Source: a virus | DNA length: 64,000 nt | IMG/VR virus record: IMGVR_UViG_3300021962_000027 | Strand: one strand, 5' to 3' | Notes under the pieces: model-generated | What the model was told of the DNA's origin: nothing | Databases searched by the model: none | The model's input: only the letters and a program-made list of their open reading frames with translations | Made by a program: the position numbers and the translations under genes | Part shown: positions 11,601 through 23,400 of the stretch, in pieces | How positions within the stretch are numbered: position 1 is the first letter of the stretch | Layout of the letters: the number at the start of each line of letters is the position of its first letter

Positions 11601-14165
11601 TACGGTAGATATTATATCAACCAATTCGATGTTAAGTACGATGGTATTTTTGGTGAGTTATATAAAACATTCGGTGAGTATGTTTATGCATTAACAGGTG
11701 AAAATGAGACTGGTATTACGTATGTAAATGAAAAATATAGAACATTATCTGATATCCTTAGAAAGAAAAATTATGCAAAACCTATCGCAACTAGTGGTGA
11801 TACAATATCATCAATAATATCTAGTATTAGCGGGAATACAATACCTGTAGGTGGTTTTAGTGGTTTAACTTTTTATGAGGTTTTTACTAATATTGCTAGT
11901 GATAAAAGATATCTTGAATTAGGTGACATTTTTAAAAAACACCCATTCTTCTTAGGTAAAAACAACAATAAACCAGAGCAGTTCGAAGCATTAAAACTTA
12001 ATTTACACCCACAAGAATATATGTTTAAAGTTGGTGATGGACTTGGTATACCATATAAATTTGAGGCTTTAACAAATGCACCCAATAATGGTAGAAGCAC
12101 CAAGTATTTTCAAGGTAGCTTCACAAACGGTTACACCAATTATTTTGATGGCGTATCTGAAACAGGTGGTATCTTCTTTAAAGAGAGCTCAACATCACAA
12201 AAAATATATGAATCGATAATGGATAATTTCGCCTTAGAGTTTAAAACTAAGATAAGATTAAACTTATTACCGATTTGGGATGCTAAATACGACACTAACC
12301 TAAACACTTTTGACGGTTTCAACACTAAATTAGATGATGTTCATAGAATTATGTTTAGAACTTATTTAACTAACTTATTTGATTCTTATTATAGCGGACT
12401 TAAATCAAATAATGAGGAGACTACAAATACCATAAACGATAAAATCGCTAAAATGAGTGTCATACTTTCTGGTTTATCACTACCATTATATGGTTATGAC
12501 GCTAAATACACAGAAGATGGTAAGGCTCAATTATATGAAATAGTACCAAATGCTAAAAAACTCACAACAAAGGTAACAGATGCTAATATGTTTGGATATA
12601 ACCCTTACGATCAATATAAGAAATTAAATATTAGTGGTGGGGAGATAATTAATTTTTCAGATATTAACACCATATTCCAAAATACTAGTAGTAGTGGGTG
12701 GGACGGTAGTATATCACCAACATTAATGGATTATATAGGTTTGGGTAATGGTTTATACTTCTTTAAACAATTAACTAATGAGTGTATTACTGGTACAACA
12801 AATAACCCATTCCCAACTGGTGAAACAACAAATGTTATGTACGAATACGTTAGGAATATGGAATTCATACAACAAGTATTTGGTTATGAGAACATAAGTG
12901 ATTTACCAAACCAGTATAATTTTAAAAATTGTTTACCGAAAGCTGTTGCGTTCTCAAATAGCGCAATTGTGATGGCTAATCTACACAACTATTATTTTGA
13001 AACACCGTTTTCATTTAACCCTAACGAATTTGGTGTGTCACCATCAGCTAGATTATTGGAAACAACAGCTGATAACTTAACAACCAGATTATCGGATGGA
13101 AGTATTGGTAATACCATTAATAATTCATTTAGTACTAACGATTATGAAATGAAATATACGTGGGAAAAATTAAATTACGAGATGTTAGAATTCAGTAATA
13201 GGACTCTTGATTTAATGTTATCCGATGATTTAGAGACTAAATTAAATGATGTTGATTTTACGTTCACACCATCTTTATCATTTGACACGCAATTAGAAAA
13301 CCTAACAGGTACTACAATTGATGGAAGTGCAACTGGTAATACAATATCTAAATCATTATTTTATTATGGTGATAACAAAAAACCAAACCAATTTTTAACC
13401 GATGTTAATTATTATTTATTTAATGAAGATAACCCTAACATAACTGGAACTAATTTAGCTAGCATTTTAGGTAATCTAAATAATTTGTTAAAATATAATT
13501 TCACGATAAATGAACACTTTATTTCATCTTTACCAGATAATAATAAAACTGTTTTATCGGGTACAACTGTTAATGGTGGCACAACTGATTTAATACAATT
13601 AAGTGCTATGCATGAACTTATTTTTATGGAGTTTATTGTTAATTTAAACAATGATAAGAACATTCATATAGAAGCGTTAAAAACACAATTCCTTGAATCA
13701 ATATCCATTCCAGCTAATATAAAAGACAAACCTAAGAAGGTTGAGAAATATATCGCACAAAAAACAAAAGAAATTGAAGGTGTTATAAAAGACACGTTTA
13801 ATTTAATATCTAAATTTGTTATTGAATTTGATTCGGTTATAGGTGATTTATATTTTTATAACATGGATATAAAAAATCAAACAATTAAGAAAATAAATAA
13901 AAATGTTTTTGATAGCGCTGATAATGAGTACTTGATGTCTTCTGATGAGATGAAAAATAAACTAATAAAGGGTGGCCCAGAGGATTATACCTTAACTATG
14001 AGAGAAACTAGTAAATTAGATAACACCATCGTTAGAAACTTAAAACTATTTACAAAATACAAGAGTGACCCTATTATTAATATAAGCTCTGTACTAGAGG
14101 CTGAGACCGAACCAGTTGCAACAAAGACTGAATTAGCGAAGCAATGGCCAGAATTATATGATTAA
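5664..14165 (+). CDS. Giant baseplate / tail-tube initiator-like protein (2833 aa) with N-terminal repeats, an inserted OmpA-like domain and a CBM5/12-like module
   Basis: Tube-initiator-type motifs W..HQFLGRPEPIYTYQNTERSGTLSW and PPVCVLRIGDFY...IINSLNISYD..WD......PMLAKINLSFKYIG. OmpA-like AHAS...YNDKLAARR..SV and ARRVEV. It lies between the tape measure and LysM genes. Confidence 0.65.
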   Translation: MSLNSISGQFRNTVLNLNLQSPPDIVTGLVNLTNSVTVSAYLDSLGQDAVVNNFSVQNPGDVDTAGNPARLANLNRTLNTPTDITTGITDLTVNQQYVASFISGRGSVTTINDYTNVNPGDVLTEAVNPRLLDLNKNLNTPTDITAGVQALTPNAQFASQYLSGRGSFSVINDFNVINPGDVLTDAVSPRLLDFSRNLNTPTDITAGVNDLTPNAALAAQYLSGRGSFSVINDFVVINPGDVINDAIAPRILNFAQTLNTPTDITAGVQDLTPNSTLAAQYLSGRGSFAPVNTSPNINPGDVINDAVAPRTLNFNRTLNTPTDITAGLNDLSGAYAAQYLAGRGSFSVINDYININPGNVQTDAVAPRTLNFNRTLNTPIDITAGLNDLSGTYAAQYLAGRGLDTVINDFNNINPGNVVVQSLAPRTLNLNRNLNTPIDITAGLTNLSGSFASQYLAGRGLDTIINNFQVLNPGDVMTEGLAPRTLNLSMTLNTPIDITSGISTLTANASLAAQYLAGRGTNAAINTSPNINPGDVVTIANPQRISLFNRNIIKDPLNDATDQFTIANPGTVAIGADTVINDFTVLNQSELAPFTQQWINSNIRNRYQAELTELVDKTGDIFLNTDPNTPQNPYLTEDKLNNADPTQLVMGDFLNLPTASTPLSALLGADLNVANLLTEPGVKNDTLLAQIGALELKFHLEARIAAKLAQEALGLTTLDDMVTNPLKLAEAIKNPSSIIERGNADITTFKGGLGKVASFISDVSGLGGLTSAFFTDDSIVLRPTCFSESEYGTYDIEKKIEDRDINRIEETGRGQRFSLFLNLGINKYTPDFVVKLGRSDKKMLESSAKTQTGVEDVMFKTYISGGINGTFYLLQDINGLQVKANTELTRAITKGPANQENYYSEPGVETVSKYSSVQTSFVWRGSTMETFLDPVNKQTLTDDWDGRIKDNDTLSKTKTFRDCSILDVTQTLLEAGVENRAARAIDQTKTKFTDGYNFSPKGSGVITPYRTERLSKDGKDVVGYKYFVPGLDAAGNRDQKRMYDEVELCRTWTKAKPFTKITDLIRWKELHRKERNSVLDRYGNLNIHPSALNVNEGYGRLGDGLGDAVVEAFGEKRARKYMFSIENLAWREARLFADLPPCEKGSNGGRIMWFPPYNIRFTDDTTTNWTAHQFLGRPEPIYTYQNTERSGTLSWDIVVDHPTILNLLVSKEFASLTDGEVDELLAAFWAGCLEYDVFELARIWGVFSESDIEYFQKVIEDLDIRLPNEVIRKKIKSSGVNNDKKVEIETDDKAAPAIPQFNLFFENDIPLPSNRYKVKTFTVDPYDKYFQIYTDLANGVNIDKNSEYQEEAVWGNTYGSGLADKNWIRYDKTIGNKMPEGSRYFFEKDREKFPAKTFGYEQQFNSLKDSDYSAKNYALTKDFNLNIDMVAHASPSAPGNSLDNIKKYNDKLAARRFVSVTKWFIPNVLSNDTIKCYNVNDGLEITPETINSIFSSGLEETNTITILRGDINEPTKRQRIILTVSAADGLTTDDVFPTDPTSDYATLFGMPKIFNINGEDIQYYEIAYGDKIYYMVKTYDEYDKVEGQFKPNGTLIKNSLIGTAIAIRTDNGKATQIYRRQADVICGNLSSNASYARRVEVNSLLAPKEIPIERVTPPDQDPPAEIEKKFVTTNVTKREIAQRILNKLLTECDYFEYLSKETPILYDSLKSKLKYFTPAFHSMTPEGLNTRLTFLQQCMRPGDTITKNQGQGNCDAKNTSFGKPPVCVLRIGDFYHTKIIINSLNISYDPLVWDLNPEGIGVQPMLAKINLSFKYIGGQGLRRYVDQLQNALSFNYYANTDVYDERTFANTDRRERDLINLEQDFFAQNSLDLIPIVAQAKLITPSTEYLPVPAGTIGIISQRLLPKLAGGTYFNSLVSATPFDPVTDFPAEACVVYQGQYYVRKVAKYPESGPTLPTDTNTWTAVDQSNFGEFAFREEYGRYYINQFDVKYDGIFGELYKTFGEYVYALTGENETGITYVNEKYRTLSDILRKKNYAKPIATSGDTISSIISSISGNTIPVGGFSGLTFYEVFTNIASDKRYLELGDIFKKHPFFLGKNNNKPEQFEALKLNLHPQEYMFKVGDGLGIPYKFEALTNAPNNGRSTKYFQGSFTNGYTNYFDGVSETGGIFFKESSTSQKIYESIMDNFALEFKTKIRLNLLPIWDAKYDTNLNTFDGFNTKLDDVHRIMFRTYLTNLFDSYYSGLKSNNEETTNTINDKIAKMSVILSGLSLPLYGYDAKYTEDGKAQLYEIVPNAKKLTTKVTDANMFGYNPYDQYKKLNISGGEIINFSDINTIFQNTSSSGWDGSISPTLMDYIGLGNGLYFFKQLTNECITGTTNNPFPTGETTNVMYEYVRNMEFIQQVFGYENISDLPNQYNFKNCLPKAVAFSNSAIVMANLHNYYFETPFSFNPNEFGVSPSARLLETTADNLTTRLSDGSIGNTINNSFSTNDYEMKYTWEKLNYEMLEFSNRTLDLMLSDDLETKLNDVDFTFTPSLSFDTQLENLTGTTIDGSATGNTISKSLFYYGDNKKPNQFLTDVNYYLFNEDNPNITGTNLASILGNLNNLLKYNFTINEHFISSLPDNNKTVLSGTTVNGGTTDLIQLSAMHELIFMEFIVNLNNDKNIHIEALKTQFLESISIPANIKDKPKKVEKYIAQKTKEIEGVIKDTFNLISKFVIEFDSVIGDLYFYNMDIKNQTIKKINKNVFDSADNEYLMSSDEMKNKLIKGGPEDYTLTMRETSKLDNTIVRNLKLFTKYKSDPIINISSVLEAETEPVATKTELAKQWPELYD
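5718..7316 (+). repeat. Coding tandem repeat, 9 units of 174-180 nt (58-60 aa)
   Basis: Units start at 5718, 5895, 6075, 6255, 6435, 6615, 6789, 6963 and 7137. Consensus LNTPxDITAGxxxLxxxxxAAQYLxGRGxxxVINDFxxINPGDVxxxAxAPRxLNxNRx. Confidence 0.95.
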
Positions 14166-14181
14166 ATAAAAAAATAGAAAA

Positions 14182-14505
14182 ATGGCTTTAAATTATTTTA
14201 ATCGATACAAAAAGTTGGATAGTGACGGAAAACATGTTTCCCCGCCTTTTATTAAATTAACCGAAAAACAAACGGATAAATTTACGACTTACGTTGTTAA
14301 TAAAAGTAGGTTGGATAAATTCAGTCAGCAGTTTTATGGAGCACCTTACTATGGTTGGTTAATATTAATGGCTAACCCTGAATTAGGTTCAAGTGAATGG
14401 GAATTCCCAGATAACTCAACAATAAGAATACCATTCCCTTTACAAGATAGTTTAAGAGAATATGACACAAAACTAAAAAATAGGTTGGATTATTATGGCG
14501 GTTAA
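14182..14505 (+). CDS. LysM-like baseplate protein (P2 gpX / T4 gp53-like)
   Basis: RLDKFSQQFYGAPYYGWLILMANP...IRIP pattern, in the typical position before the hub gene. Confidence 0.75.
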   Translation: MALNYFNRYKKLDSDGKHVSPPFIKLTEKQTDKFTTYVVNKSRLDKFSQQFYGAPYYGWLILMANPELGSSEWEFPDNSTIRIPFPLQDSLREYDTKLKNRLDYYGG

Positions 14506-17410
14506 TTATAATGAAAAAATATTATCCACATTCGGTAAAAGAACGGTAAAATCAACCACTGGGGAACCAGATACTATATCAAACGGTGTATTTGTTGTTG
14601 ACCCGAATAAGATTGTTACAGAGGACGAAACGATAATACCTAGATACGTTAAACAGGAAGATCTTGTTATGTACGCAAACATAACGGCTAGATTAAACCC
14701 TGACAATTCCATTATTGAAAATGGTGATCAAAGTAGTGTTGTTACCATTGGTAGGGTTGGTGTTAATTTTTTAAACCCATTCTCAACAGCACCTAAAGAC
14801 AGTTCTGGTGCGATTAATTTTGGTGATAAAAAGAATAAGGATTATTTTACAACAGAATGGTCTGACTACTTCACTTCAAATTCTGAACAAGGAACCTTTT
14901 TTGACCCAGAAACTTTCGGTATATCTAATATTGATGTAACACATAATGCTAGTTTAACACCTATCATAAAAATTGAATTTATAGATGTACAAGGTAGGAC
15001 ATTGCTTGAAAGAGGTGATGACCCATATAACCCATATAATATTTTTTATAGATTCCCATACCCTTTATTTACTTTAACAATTAAGGGTTATTTCGGTAAA
15101 GCTATTGAATACCCGTTGTCGATGACAAAAACCACAACAACGTTTGATTCATCAACTGGTAACTACGTGATTAGAGCTGAGTTCTTATCAAGAACTTTCT
15201 CAGTTTACAATAACTTCTTGATGATATACGCCTATGCCGCACCATATATGTACGAAAGATCTGATGTCCAGGGTAGTTATTTAGGTAAACGATTAGTATC
15301 AGCATTATACCAAAAACAAAATGATGAATATGCTAAATTATATGGTAAAGACACACCAGAGTATTTAAAACACGAATTTGTTAAATTTCCAACGATACTA
15401 GATTTAACCAGAGCTCAAACAGTTCTTGGTTATGAAACATTAAGTATTGAGGATAAATTAAAACAAATTAATAAAGACAAAGAAAAGGCTTTAGGTTTTT
15501 ATGGGGAGTTAGACACCGCATATGAAAGTGGGTTAAAAAGTCAATTAGAAAATTGGGAGACTAATATATTAATTAAAAACAAAAGAGATGGTAAATATTT
15601 CTTAAAACAAGAAACAATTGATTCATTAAAATCAGATGAATTACCTGATCTTAGCATGACTAATTTTCCAGCTCCATATGAAATTTTTTATGGTTATAAC
15701 GATGTATTAACTTCTATGAATGATGGTGATAATGGTGTTAGCGCTGAACTAAAAACAGCTATATTCAATGCGGTTATTGCTGATACGAGTATACCAGAAG
15801 GTTATAAAAGTGGTTTAGATATAACAAATTTAAATTCACTAATTAAGGAAAGTTTATTATTGCTATTTTATACAGATTCAAACGATGAATCTAAATTAAA
15901 TGAGATTTATTATACTGAGATATATTTTAAACAATTACATAAAACAATATCTAAAGTTCTTTCAGAATATTATGATAAAGAAGAAACTACAATCGTAGAT
16001 AATTTAGGTTTACAGTTAAAAGAAAATTTAGGTTACGTACCAAACATGTCAAACGTTTTACGTATATTAATGAATAATATGCAAGTATTTTTAACAATGT
16101 TAAATCTAGTTGGGTTAAATGCGTCAAAACAGTTAATGGATGATGCTGGTAGAAGAACTAACCAGGAAAAATTCGGTGAGTATGACATACCAACAAACTC
16201 ACCTGGTGACAAAAGATTCTACCCATTCCCTAATTATTTTAAGAAAAAATTTGATACAAATACTGAAGATTTTATTTGGGAAAAGGTTTATCCCTGGACA
16301 AGAAAAACAGTTAATTGGTTTGAGGTTCAGTTTGTTGAGGAGATATATCGAGCGTTAGAACGTTTAAAAAAACTACCTAAAGATGGTATTGATAGCCAAA
16401 CCGAAGCTGACATACTTTTTCAAATCGAAGAAGCTAAAAAGGTTAAAGGTAATGTTATTAGCGATAAGAAAATAGCGTTATTGACAACATTATTGGTGGT
16501 TAATAATTTAGATTTTTATAATGATCAACAATCACCAAGAGAAACTGGTTTAGAGTTTATAGAAAAAATAATGTTATTTTCAACATTAGGTTATATTAAC
16601 ACAGCTGGCGATGTCACCAAGATAAATGATATCACTAAACTTTTTGTTGACCACGAATTTGATTTAATTGAAAGAAGATACGCTAATAAAGATGCTAATG
16701 ACATACATGATTTTTATAGTAATCTAGGTGTTTTTATTGGTCATAATGTTTATGAAGGTACCGAAACACCAACAAATTATGATAGGATATGTAATGAATT
16801 TGTTAATGGTACAGTTGTAACAACAGGTGGTAATTACACTAATGAAACAAATGGTGTTGCCATCGTTAATAATATTAATAATATTATCCCAGAGCTTAAG
16901 GCTTTGTTATCAACAAATTACACTATTAGTGAATTAAGGGATTTATATGTTAAAGTTGATAATATTATTAACCAAGCTACTGATATAACGGAATTTAAAA
17001 AATTATATCAATATAACCCATTAAAATATAAAAACAGGAAAAACTCTAATCAAGGTCAAACAACAAGATCATTATTTTTTAACGGATTGGATTCTCATGA
17101 TATGTACGATGGTTTTAGTGATTATTTAAATGATTACTCAACTAAATTACAAGCTTATAGAAAAACATCTTTAGTTTCCGCAAATAATGGTTATTTTTAT
17201 TCTTTAAACACTGAAAATGTGGACACGTTAAATTTTATCGTTAACGGTAGGGTTGAAGCCAATGACAGTAACTCCACACCTTTAACATTTGCTTTAAAAA
17301 CAGATGAATTACTTAAAGATGGTAAATTGGGGATGGAATTTGGGGGTTTAAACTTAGATAATACTAAAAAAATAACAAGTGGTACTAAGTATAGTAAAGT
17401 AAGAATATAA
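14495..17410 (+). CDS. Baseplate hub-like protein, N-terminal part (971 aa)
   Basis: Beta-rich FGISNIDVTH...PIIKIEFIDVQG...PYPLFTLTIKGYFG segment resembles the first barrel of gp27/gpD-type hubs; it follows the LysM gene. Confidence 0.5.
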   Translation: MAVNYNEKILSTFGKRTVKSTTGEPDTISNGVFVVDPNKIVTEDETIIPRYVKQEDLVMYANITARLNPDNSIIENGDQSSVVTIGRVGVNFLNPFSTAPKDSSGAINFGDKKNKDYFTTEWSDYFTSNSEQGTFFDPETFGISNIDVTHNASLTPIIKIEFIDVQGRTLLERGDDPYNPYNIFYRFPYPLFTLTIKGYFGKAIEYPLSMTKTTTTFDSSTGNYVIRAEFLSRTFSVYNNFLMIYAYAAPYMYERSDVQGSYLGKRLVSALYQKQNDEYAKLYGKDTPEYLKHEFVKFPTILDLTRAQTVLGYETLSIEDKLKQINKDKEKALGFYGELDTAYESGLKSQLENWETNILIKNKRDGKYFLKQETIDSLKSDELPDLSMTNFPAPYEIFYGYNDVLTSMNDGDNGVSAELKTAIFNAVIADTSIPEGYKSGLDITNLNSLIKESLLLLFYTDSNDESKLNEIYYTEIYFKQLHKTISKVLSEYYDKEETTIVDNLGLQLKENLGYVPNMSNVLRILMNNMQVFLTMLNLVGLNASKQLMDDAGRRTNQEKFGEYDIPTNSPGDKRFYPFPNYFKKKFDTNTEDFIWEKVYPWTRKTVNWFEVQFVEEIYRALERLKKLPKDGIDSQTEADILFQIEEAKKVKGNVISDKKIALLTTLLVVNNLDFYNDQQSPRETGLEFIEKIMLFSTLGYINTAGDVTKINDITKLFVDHEFDLIERRYANKDANDIHDFYSNLGVFIGHNVYEGTETPTNYDRICNEFVNGTVVTTGGNYTNETNGVAIVNNINNIIPELKALLSTNYTISELRDLYVKVDNIINQATDITEFKKLYQYNPLKYKNRKNSNQGQTTRSLFFNGLDSHDMYDGFSDYLNDYSTKLQAYRKTSLVSANNGYFYSLNTENVDTLNFIVNGRVEANDSNSTPLTFALKTDELLKDGKLGMEFGGLNLDNTKKITSGTKYSKVRI

Positions 17411-17411
17411 A

Positions 17412-20400
17412 ATGGGATTAGCTTTAGCAAATTTTTTAAAAGAAAGATATCTTAATAGTACCGACTCGGACTTAGGTGCCGTGATGTCAACTGCATATGA
17501 CGAATACAATAATAACATATTGTTGTCAACCGCAGAAAAATATCACGATGCGTTTAAAACCGAAACTTTATTTAAAAATGTACATGATCTACCTGTTAGA
17601 TACGGTACCCAATCAACCGCATACCAATCACCATCAACACCCGTTAACCACGCAATATTTGCGCAAAATATAGTAAATGAATCTAAAACTGGTAAATTAT
17701 TTAAAACAGCACAGCTGTTTATTTCTAGTTTAGCAACAGAGTCTAATAATGGGGTGGTATCACCAGCACAATTAGGTAAGATATTTAAAAGAACCCAAGG
17801 ATTAATTGAGGTACCCACCCACTTGGTGTTATACATTGGTGGATTATATGATTTTTATTATTATGGAACTCCAGATAATAATATTGATTTAAAAACAATT
17901 AACGGTGTTTCAAATAAAGATGGTAGTGATTTATTATCCAACCCTTTATTATTGAACAAACATTATGGTTCATACGCTTTCGATAACAATAACGCTGGTT
18001 TAAAAGCCGCAACGTTACCATTCGTAAAACCTCTAACCCCAAGATTCATTGATGATTTAATGTCATTTGATTATGAATCATATAGAGACCAGAAATTACC
18101 TAAAAATTATCGTGATACATATTATGATTATGAATTTAAACAGGATATCTCTTTAAGTAATAACATATCATCACATATACCATTTTCTGGTTACGGTGTT
18201 TTAAATAATTATTTAAACTCAATGTCATACCTATACTTCAATGAAGGTCTTGATGGTCAAACAAATGAAAATAGTAGTTTAAATGACGATGGTTTACCTT
18301 ACCATATAATTGGTAATTTTAGGGGTAAATTAAAAACGTTTAAAACATATAATGATCAGAATATAAATTTCCTAGGATCATATAATAGTTACGGACCTAA
18401 AGTTAAATTTAATATATCAACAGCAGACTCTGATTTAAACACTATAACTAGCGCCATAACATTTGACAATGATTTTTTATACACGGATAAAAATAATAAA
18501 GAAAAAATAGAATTCTTTTTACTTCTATCCAAGATAAAATGTAATTTTCTTGGTGGTTATATGGACACGGTTGATGTTTATAACATAGTTAGAAAACTGT
18601 GTGCTATTAATAATTTAAAAGCTAAACAGGATGATATTGAAATACCTGATTTTATCACTTTATTAATACACAGTTTAATACCACCAGATGGTAATGAACC
18701 AGACACAGATTCCAATAGAGTTAATAGGAACCTAACAATCTTAGATAAATATAATGTTGATTCAAGATCGTTCATCGGTTATATAGATATTAAAACTAAG
18801 GAGTATAATGAGTTATACACAATCATATTAATGATTAACCAGTTAACTGGTAACGACCTATATGATTACGCATCAAGACTATTGGTATCAATGTGGTCAA
18901 GAGAGTTTAACCAAAAAGAGAATAATAAACTTAAAGCATTAGACGGAAGAGGTTCATTTGTTGTTTACCCAAGTTGTGGTGGTGATATTAATGTTAATAA
19001 TTTATTTACACAAAACGATTTTGATTACGGTTTGGGTAATAATAAAGCGTCTATAAACCCTAAGTATAAGTACCAAAAAACTAATGTTGTACATACGGTA
19101 TTTGAAACACAAGGTGATGCCTATTTATCAAATTTAGTACATAATGATCCAGAATTTTTGGTAATCGATTCTAAGGTATCAAATGATATAACAAATTACT
19201 GGAACAGGACCTATTTATATTCGCAGATAAACCCTGGTTTAGCTGAATTTGTTTCCCTTAATAACTCACAAAACTATTCTGATAGAATAATACCTAAAAA
19301 TGTTACGGCAAATGATACCGCTTTAATGGGTATGTATTTACCCGTATATTTTAGACCAGAAAACGCCCCATCAAATGGCACATTCATCAATTATTTTGAT
19401 AGGTATGATGATGTTTATATCATTGCAAATACAACGGATCCAGAGGGTGTTAAGAGACTTAAATTCGATAACAAATCTTTAATATATAATACCAGTAGAT
19501 TATTTTGGTTTGATTCGCCAAACACTAGTGGCGTAATATACCCAGAGACTATTAAATTCGCCCCAAAAAATGCAACACAAAAACCAGATTTAATATCCGT
19601 TGATTATTACGAGTATAAACATTTCCATTTAAAAAACGGTAGTGTTTATGATTATAAAAACGGTGAGTTGTTTTATGACATGTCTAATACCGATGAAGAG
19701 GTTGTTAGATCTTATAACGATTTTAAAGCTGGGTCCACATTATATTCGACTTTTGAAAACTTAGTTAGTAATGCTGACAGTATCACTAATTATTATTCGG
19801 ATAACAAACAAATACAAGATGCGGATTCTGCAAAAATTTTATTAGATATTTTCGACATTGATAAATTAGAAGACTTCAGAACACTATTCAAAAAATTTGC
19901 TGATGGTACCCAAGAAAATTATTTTAATAAAACATTTAATACGTTTGATTTTAAATCATTGTTAAAACACACAACGATGTTTGGGTATAGCAACTTACCA
20001 AATAGTGTTGAATTATACGGTAGATCTTTCGGTAAAGATGAGTTATTGGCGCTGATTTGTGGTTACTCTGGTAATTTCATAGAATTCGCCTCTATAACTG
20101 GTTTAGCTAAGGTTATTAACACCGCATTAACTTTAGGTCAAGAAGATAAGGCTAGGTTCGTAATAGATGAATTTTTAAACGCAAAAATAACCGTAAATAA
20201 TTACTCAACAGGTGGACCATTAACAATAGAGAGTTCCGATTTAAATAACCCAAATGGTTTAAGATTAAATTCGTTTATTTTTAACCCAATTATAGCATAT
20301 TCAACAAACACAAGAACTTATGAAAATATCGTGGCATCGCTTGGTGATGTTTTGTTATTCAGAACAATTTTATTCGGTGATCAAAATATTTCAGGGTATA

Positions 20401-23400
20401 GTGATCTAGATCCTGGTATAGATGAATTGGTTAAAAAATACGTATTGGTTAAAGGTATGACAAAAAATATTGATCCTAATTTGGGTGAAGATTTTGTTAT
20501 AACGGAATTGACTAGAGTTTTTTTTAGGAAATTAAATATACAATTAAATGAAGGTAATTTAAAATTATTAATAACATATTTAAGATCTTTCATAGCTGAA
20601 ACTTTATTTAAATCGATAGCGTTAAATCTATATAACGGTAAAACAAGATTATTTGATTTAACTAAAGATAATTACGATTCGGCTTTAATTCACCCCTCAA
20701 AAGAAGGTGCTAAAAACCAAATTTATGACCATCAGAAAAAAAAATATATCGTTATTTCTGAAATTAAAAACGGTGTTTTAATACCAAAAGATTCTATATC
20801 ATATGTTAATGAAAAATTTGAAGATTTCCAGTCCGATATAGTGTTTAACGATTGGGTTAAAAAATTTAATAAAGATTTTGTTGAAAAAGCATTAACCACT
20901 TTAAATGGTTCCTTAGGGTCCTTACATGAAAAGTTATTAGAAAAATTAACCACAAATTATAATGATACTGTTGATGGGGATGGTTATGAATATGAAGATA
21001 TTAAAACCGATGAAATTGATATTAGAACAGGTACATACTATAGGATTAAAACACTTTATGATAAAAATGTTTCATATACTAATATTAATGCCACCGATGA
21101 TCGATTAATAAAGAAAAGTAGTCATGAACTAGGTTCTGCCGATGTTAATGCGATTTTAAATAGCCCGTTATTTTTTAACTTTAATGTACAACAACAAGAT
21201 ATTTGTGATGATAATGGTTTATTAACACCTAGTAGTGATAAATTAAAAGATTTAGTCGATTACACCCAAGTCTTGGATAGAGGTAATAACCCTTTTGGTA
21301 CAAAAGTTTTTGTTGATATAGTTTCATTTAAACAAACATTAACAGATGATTTATATAAGGAAGGTGAGATAAATAAAACCACATCAAAATCTATGTGGAC
21401 AATTTTATCTAAGTTAGCTAGTGATCATGAATTCTTATTGATGCCATTAACATCTTATATAAACTTAAGTGGTTCTGTTACCGAAAAAGATAGTCCATAT
21501 GATTTAGCCCATGACATGTTCGGTGTTTTTAACACACTTGAAATGTGGGAATCAAACCCCTCTTTCATATTCCAATTAGGGTCATTAACATCATCGGTTG
21601 GTAACGGTGGTAGTAAAAAGAATTCAGCTAAAAGTAATTTTGATTTAAGTAACTCTTTTTGTTTAGATATTGATCAAAATAGTCTGGATATAGATGGCAA
21701 TGGTAAAATCCTTAATGAAGACGTACCTTCAGATGTTAGAAATTCTAATGTCTCATCTTTTATCGTGGATTTTGCGAACCCTAATCAAAACATGTTTGAG
21801 AGTATACAGTTATCAACTGATGAGTTCGCTAATACGGAAGAAAGTATCAACGCACAAGTTGCCATAGCTGGTGGTCAACCAGTTTTATCAAGCGGTAAGT
21901 TATTTAGTGCGATGGAAAACAGATCATATTCTTGTACCGTTAATAGTCTAGGTAACGCTACAATACAACCATTATCATATTTTTACTTAAGAAATGTTCC
22001 TTTATTTTATGGTACCTATTGGATAACAAATGTTAGCCACAAAATATCTGCAAATAATACCATGACGACAACGTTTAAGGGTGTTAGACAACCGATAGCT
22101 AGAAAACCGACACCAAATGTTGCGGTTATTAGAGCATTACTTAAAAAAGCTAAAGAATTATCTGGCCAACAAGGTTATTTAGATAGGGATGATGCAACAC
22201 CAATACCAACGTCTGGTGAAATATATACCAATAGATCTTTCACAGGTGTTAGTGGTACAACTAGTGAAACCAAATATGGTTTATTGTATCAAAGAGCTAC
22301 TGATGAAGGGGTGAATAAATATGTTACATATAACGGTTTATGGGTTATCGCCTCATACTTAAAATTAATGACTGGTGGTGATGAAACTGATACGGTATTA
22401 ATTAAAACATTAATATCATATTTACATAATAACGCATCGGAATTGGCCGTATCGTGGGATATAGATTATACAGCACCATATTTTGTAGATATTGTTGCAT
22501 ATGATTTATATAATAAACTTGGGTATGAAACTAACGAACTATCTTTAAGTGAATTATTGGATAATTACCCAACAACAGCTGGTGATATGTATCAAACAAC
22601 CTTATATAAATTACTCGAATTCCAACAAAAACCGAATGATTTATTAGCTTATTTAACTTTAACAGCTGAAGAAAAATATAACCCAAAAACAACCTTAATC
22701 ACAAATAGTAAAGGAACGGCTATTACTAATGATGAGACATTACCTAAGATAACATTTCCTGGTGATTTTGGACAAGATAATCTTAGTGCGATAACAAGAG
22801 TCAATTATTGGGTTAGCGATACAACCAAAAGTAACCTTAAAACATTTAATGGATTATCAACTTATGAATTGGTTAGTTATTTTGACACAACACCAGCCAC
22901 ACCAACTGTTAGTATAGTACAACAAACATTACAAGAAGCGGCAATTCAAAACGCTATCCAATTGGATTTGGCAAACCCTGCCGAGTCAACTGGTGTTGTA
23001 GCACCTACGTTATACCCAGCAACAAACGCTAATTTAAATACACAGTTTAAATTTTCATTACAAGCACCAGCACAACAAACAGTACAACAACAGCTCTTTG
23101 CGGGGTTACCACAGTTTAATAATAACACACAAACTACAAGCGGTACAACACCTAGAGAACTTGGTTCACAAAAAGATGGTTCGTTTGATTTCTCTAAAGC
23201 CTTTTCAAAAACTTTTACAATAGAAGGTTATGATGAAGATTTGATTGCATATGTTATGGGTGGATATGGTAAGAGTAAAAAATATGCATTCTTTAAACTA
23301 TGTAATGATAGCGAAAAATTTGAGTATGATACCATAAAAATAAACAAACATGCTCATATTGATTTAAAAATACTGGGTCAAGATAATGGTAACGCTACTG

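Noticed and set aside
17395-17420. Programmed frameshift or sequencing error joining the two hub ORFs
   Set aside because: The junction is a clean TAA-A-ATG like other gene boundaries, the downstream frame has a stop at 17400-17402, and no slippery heptamer is evident
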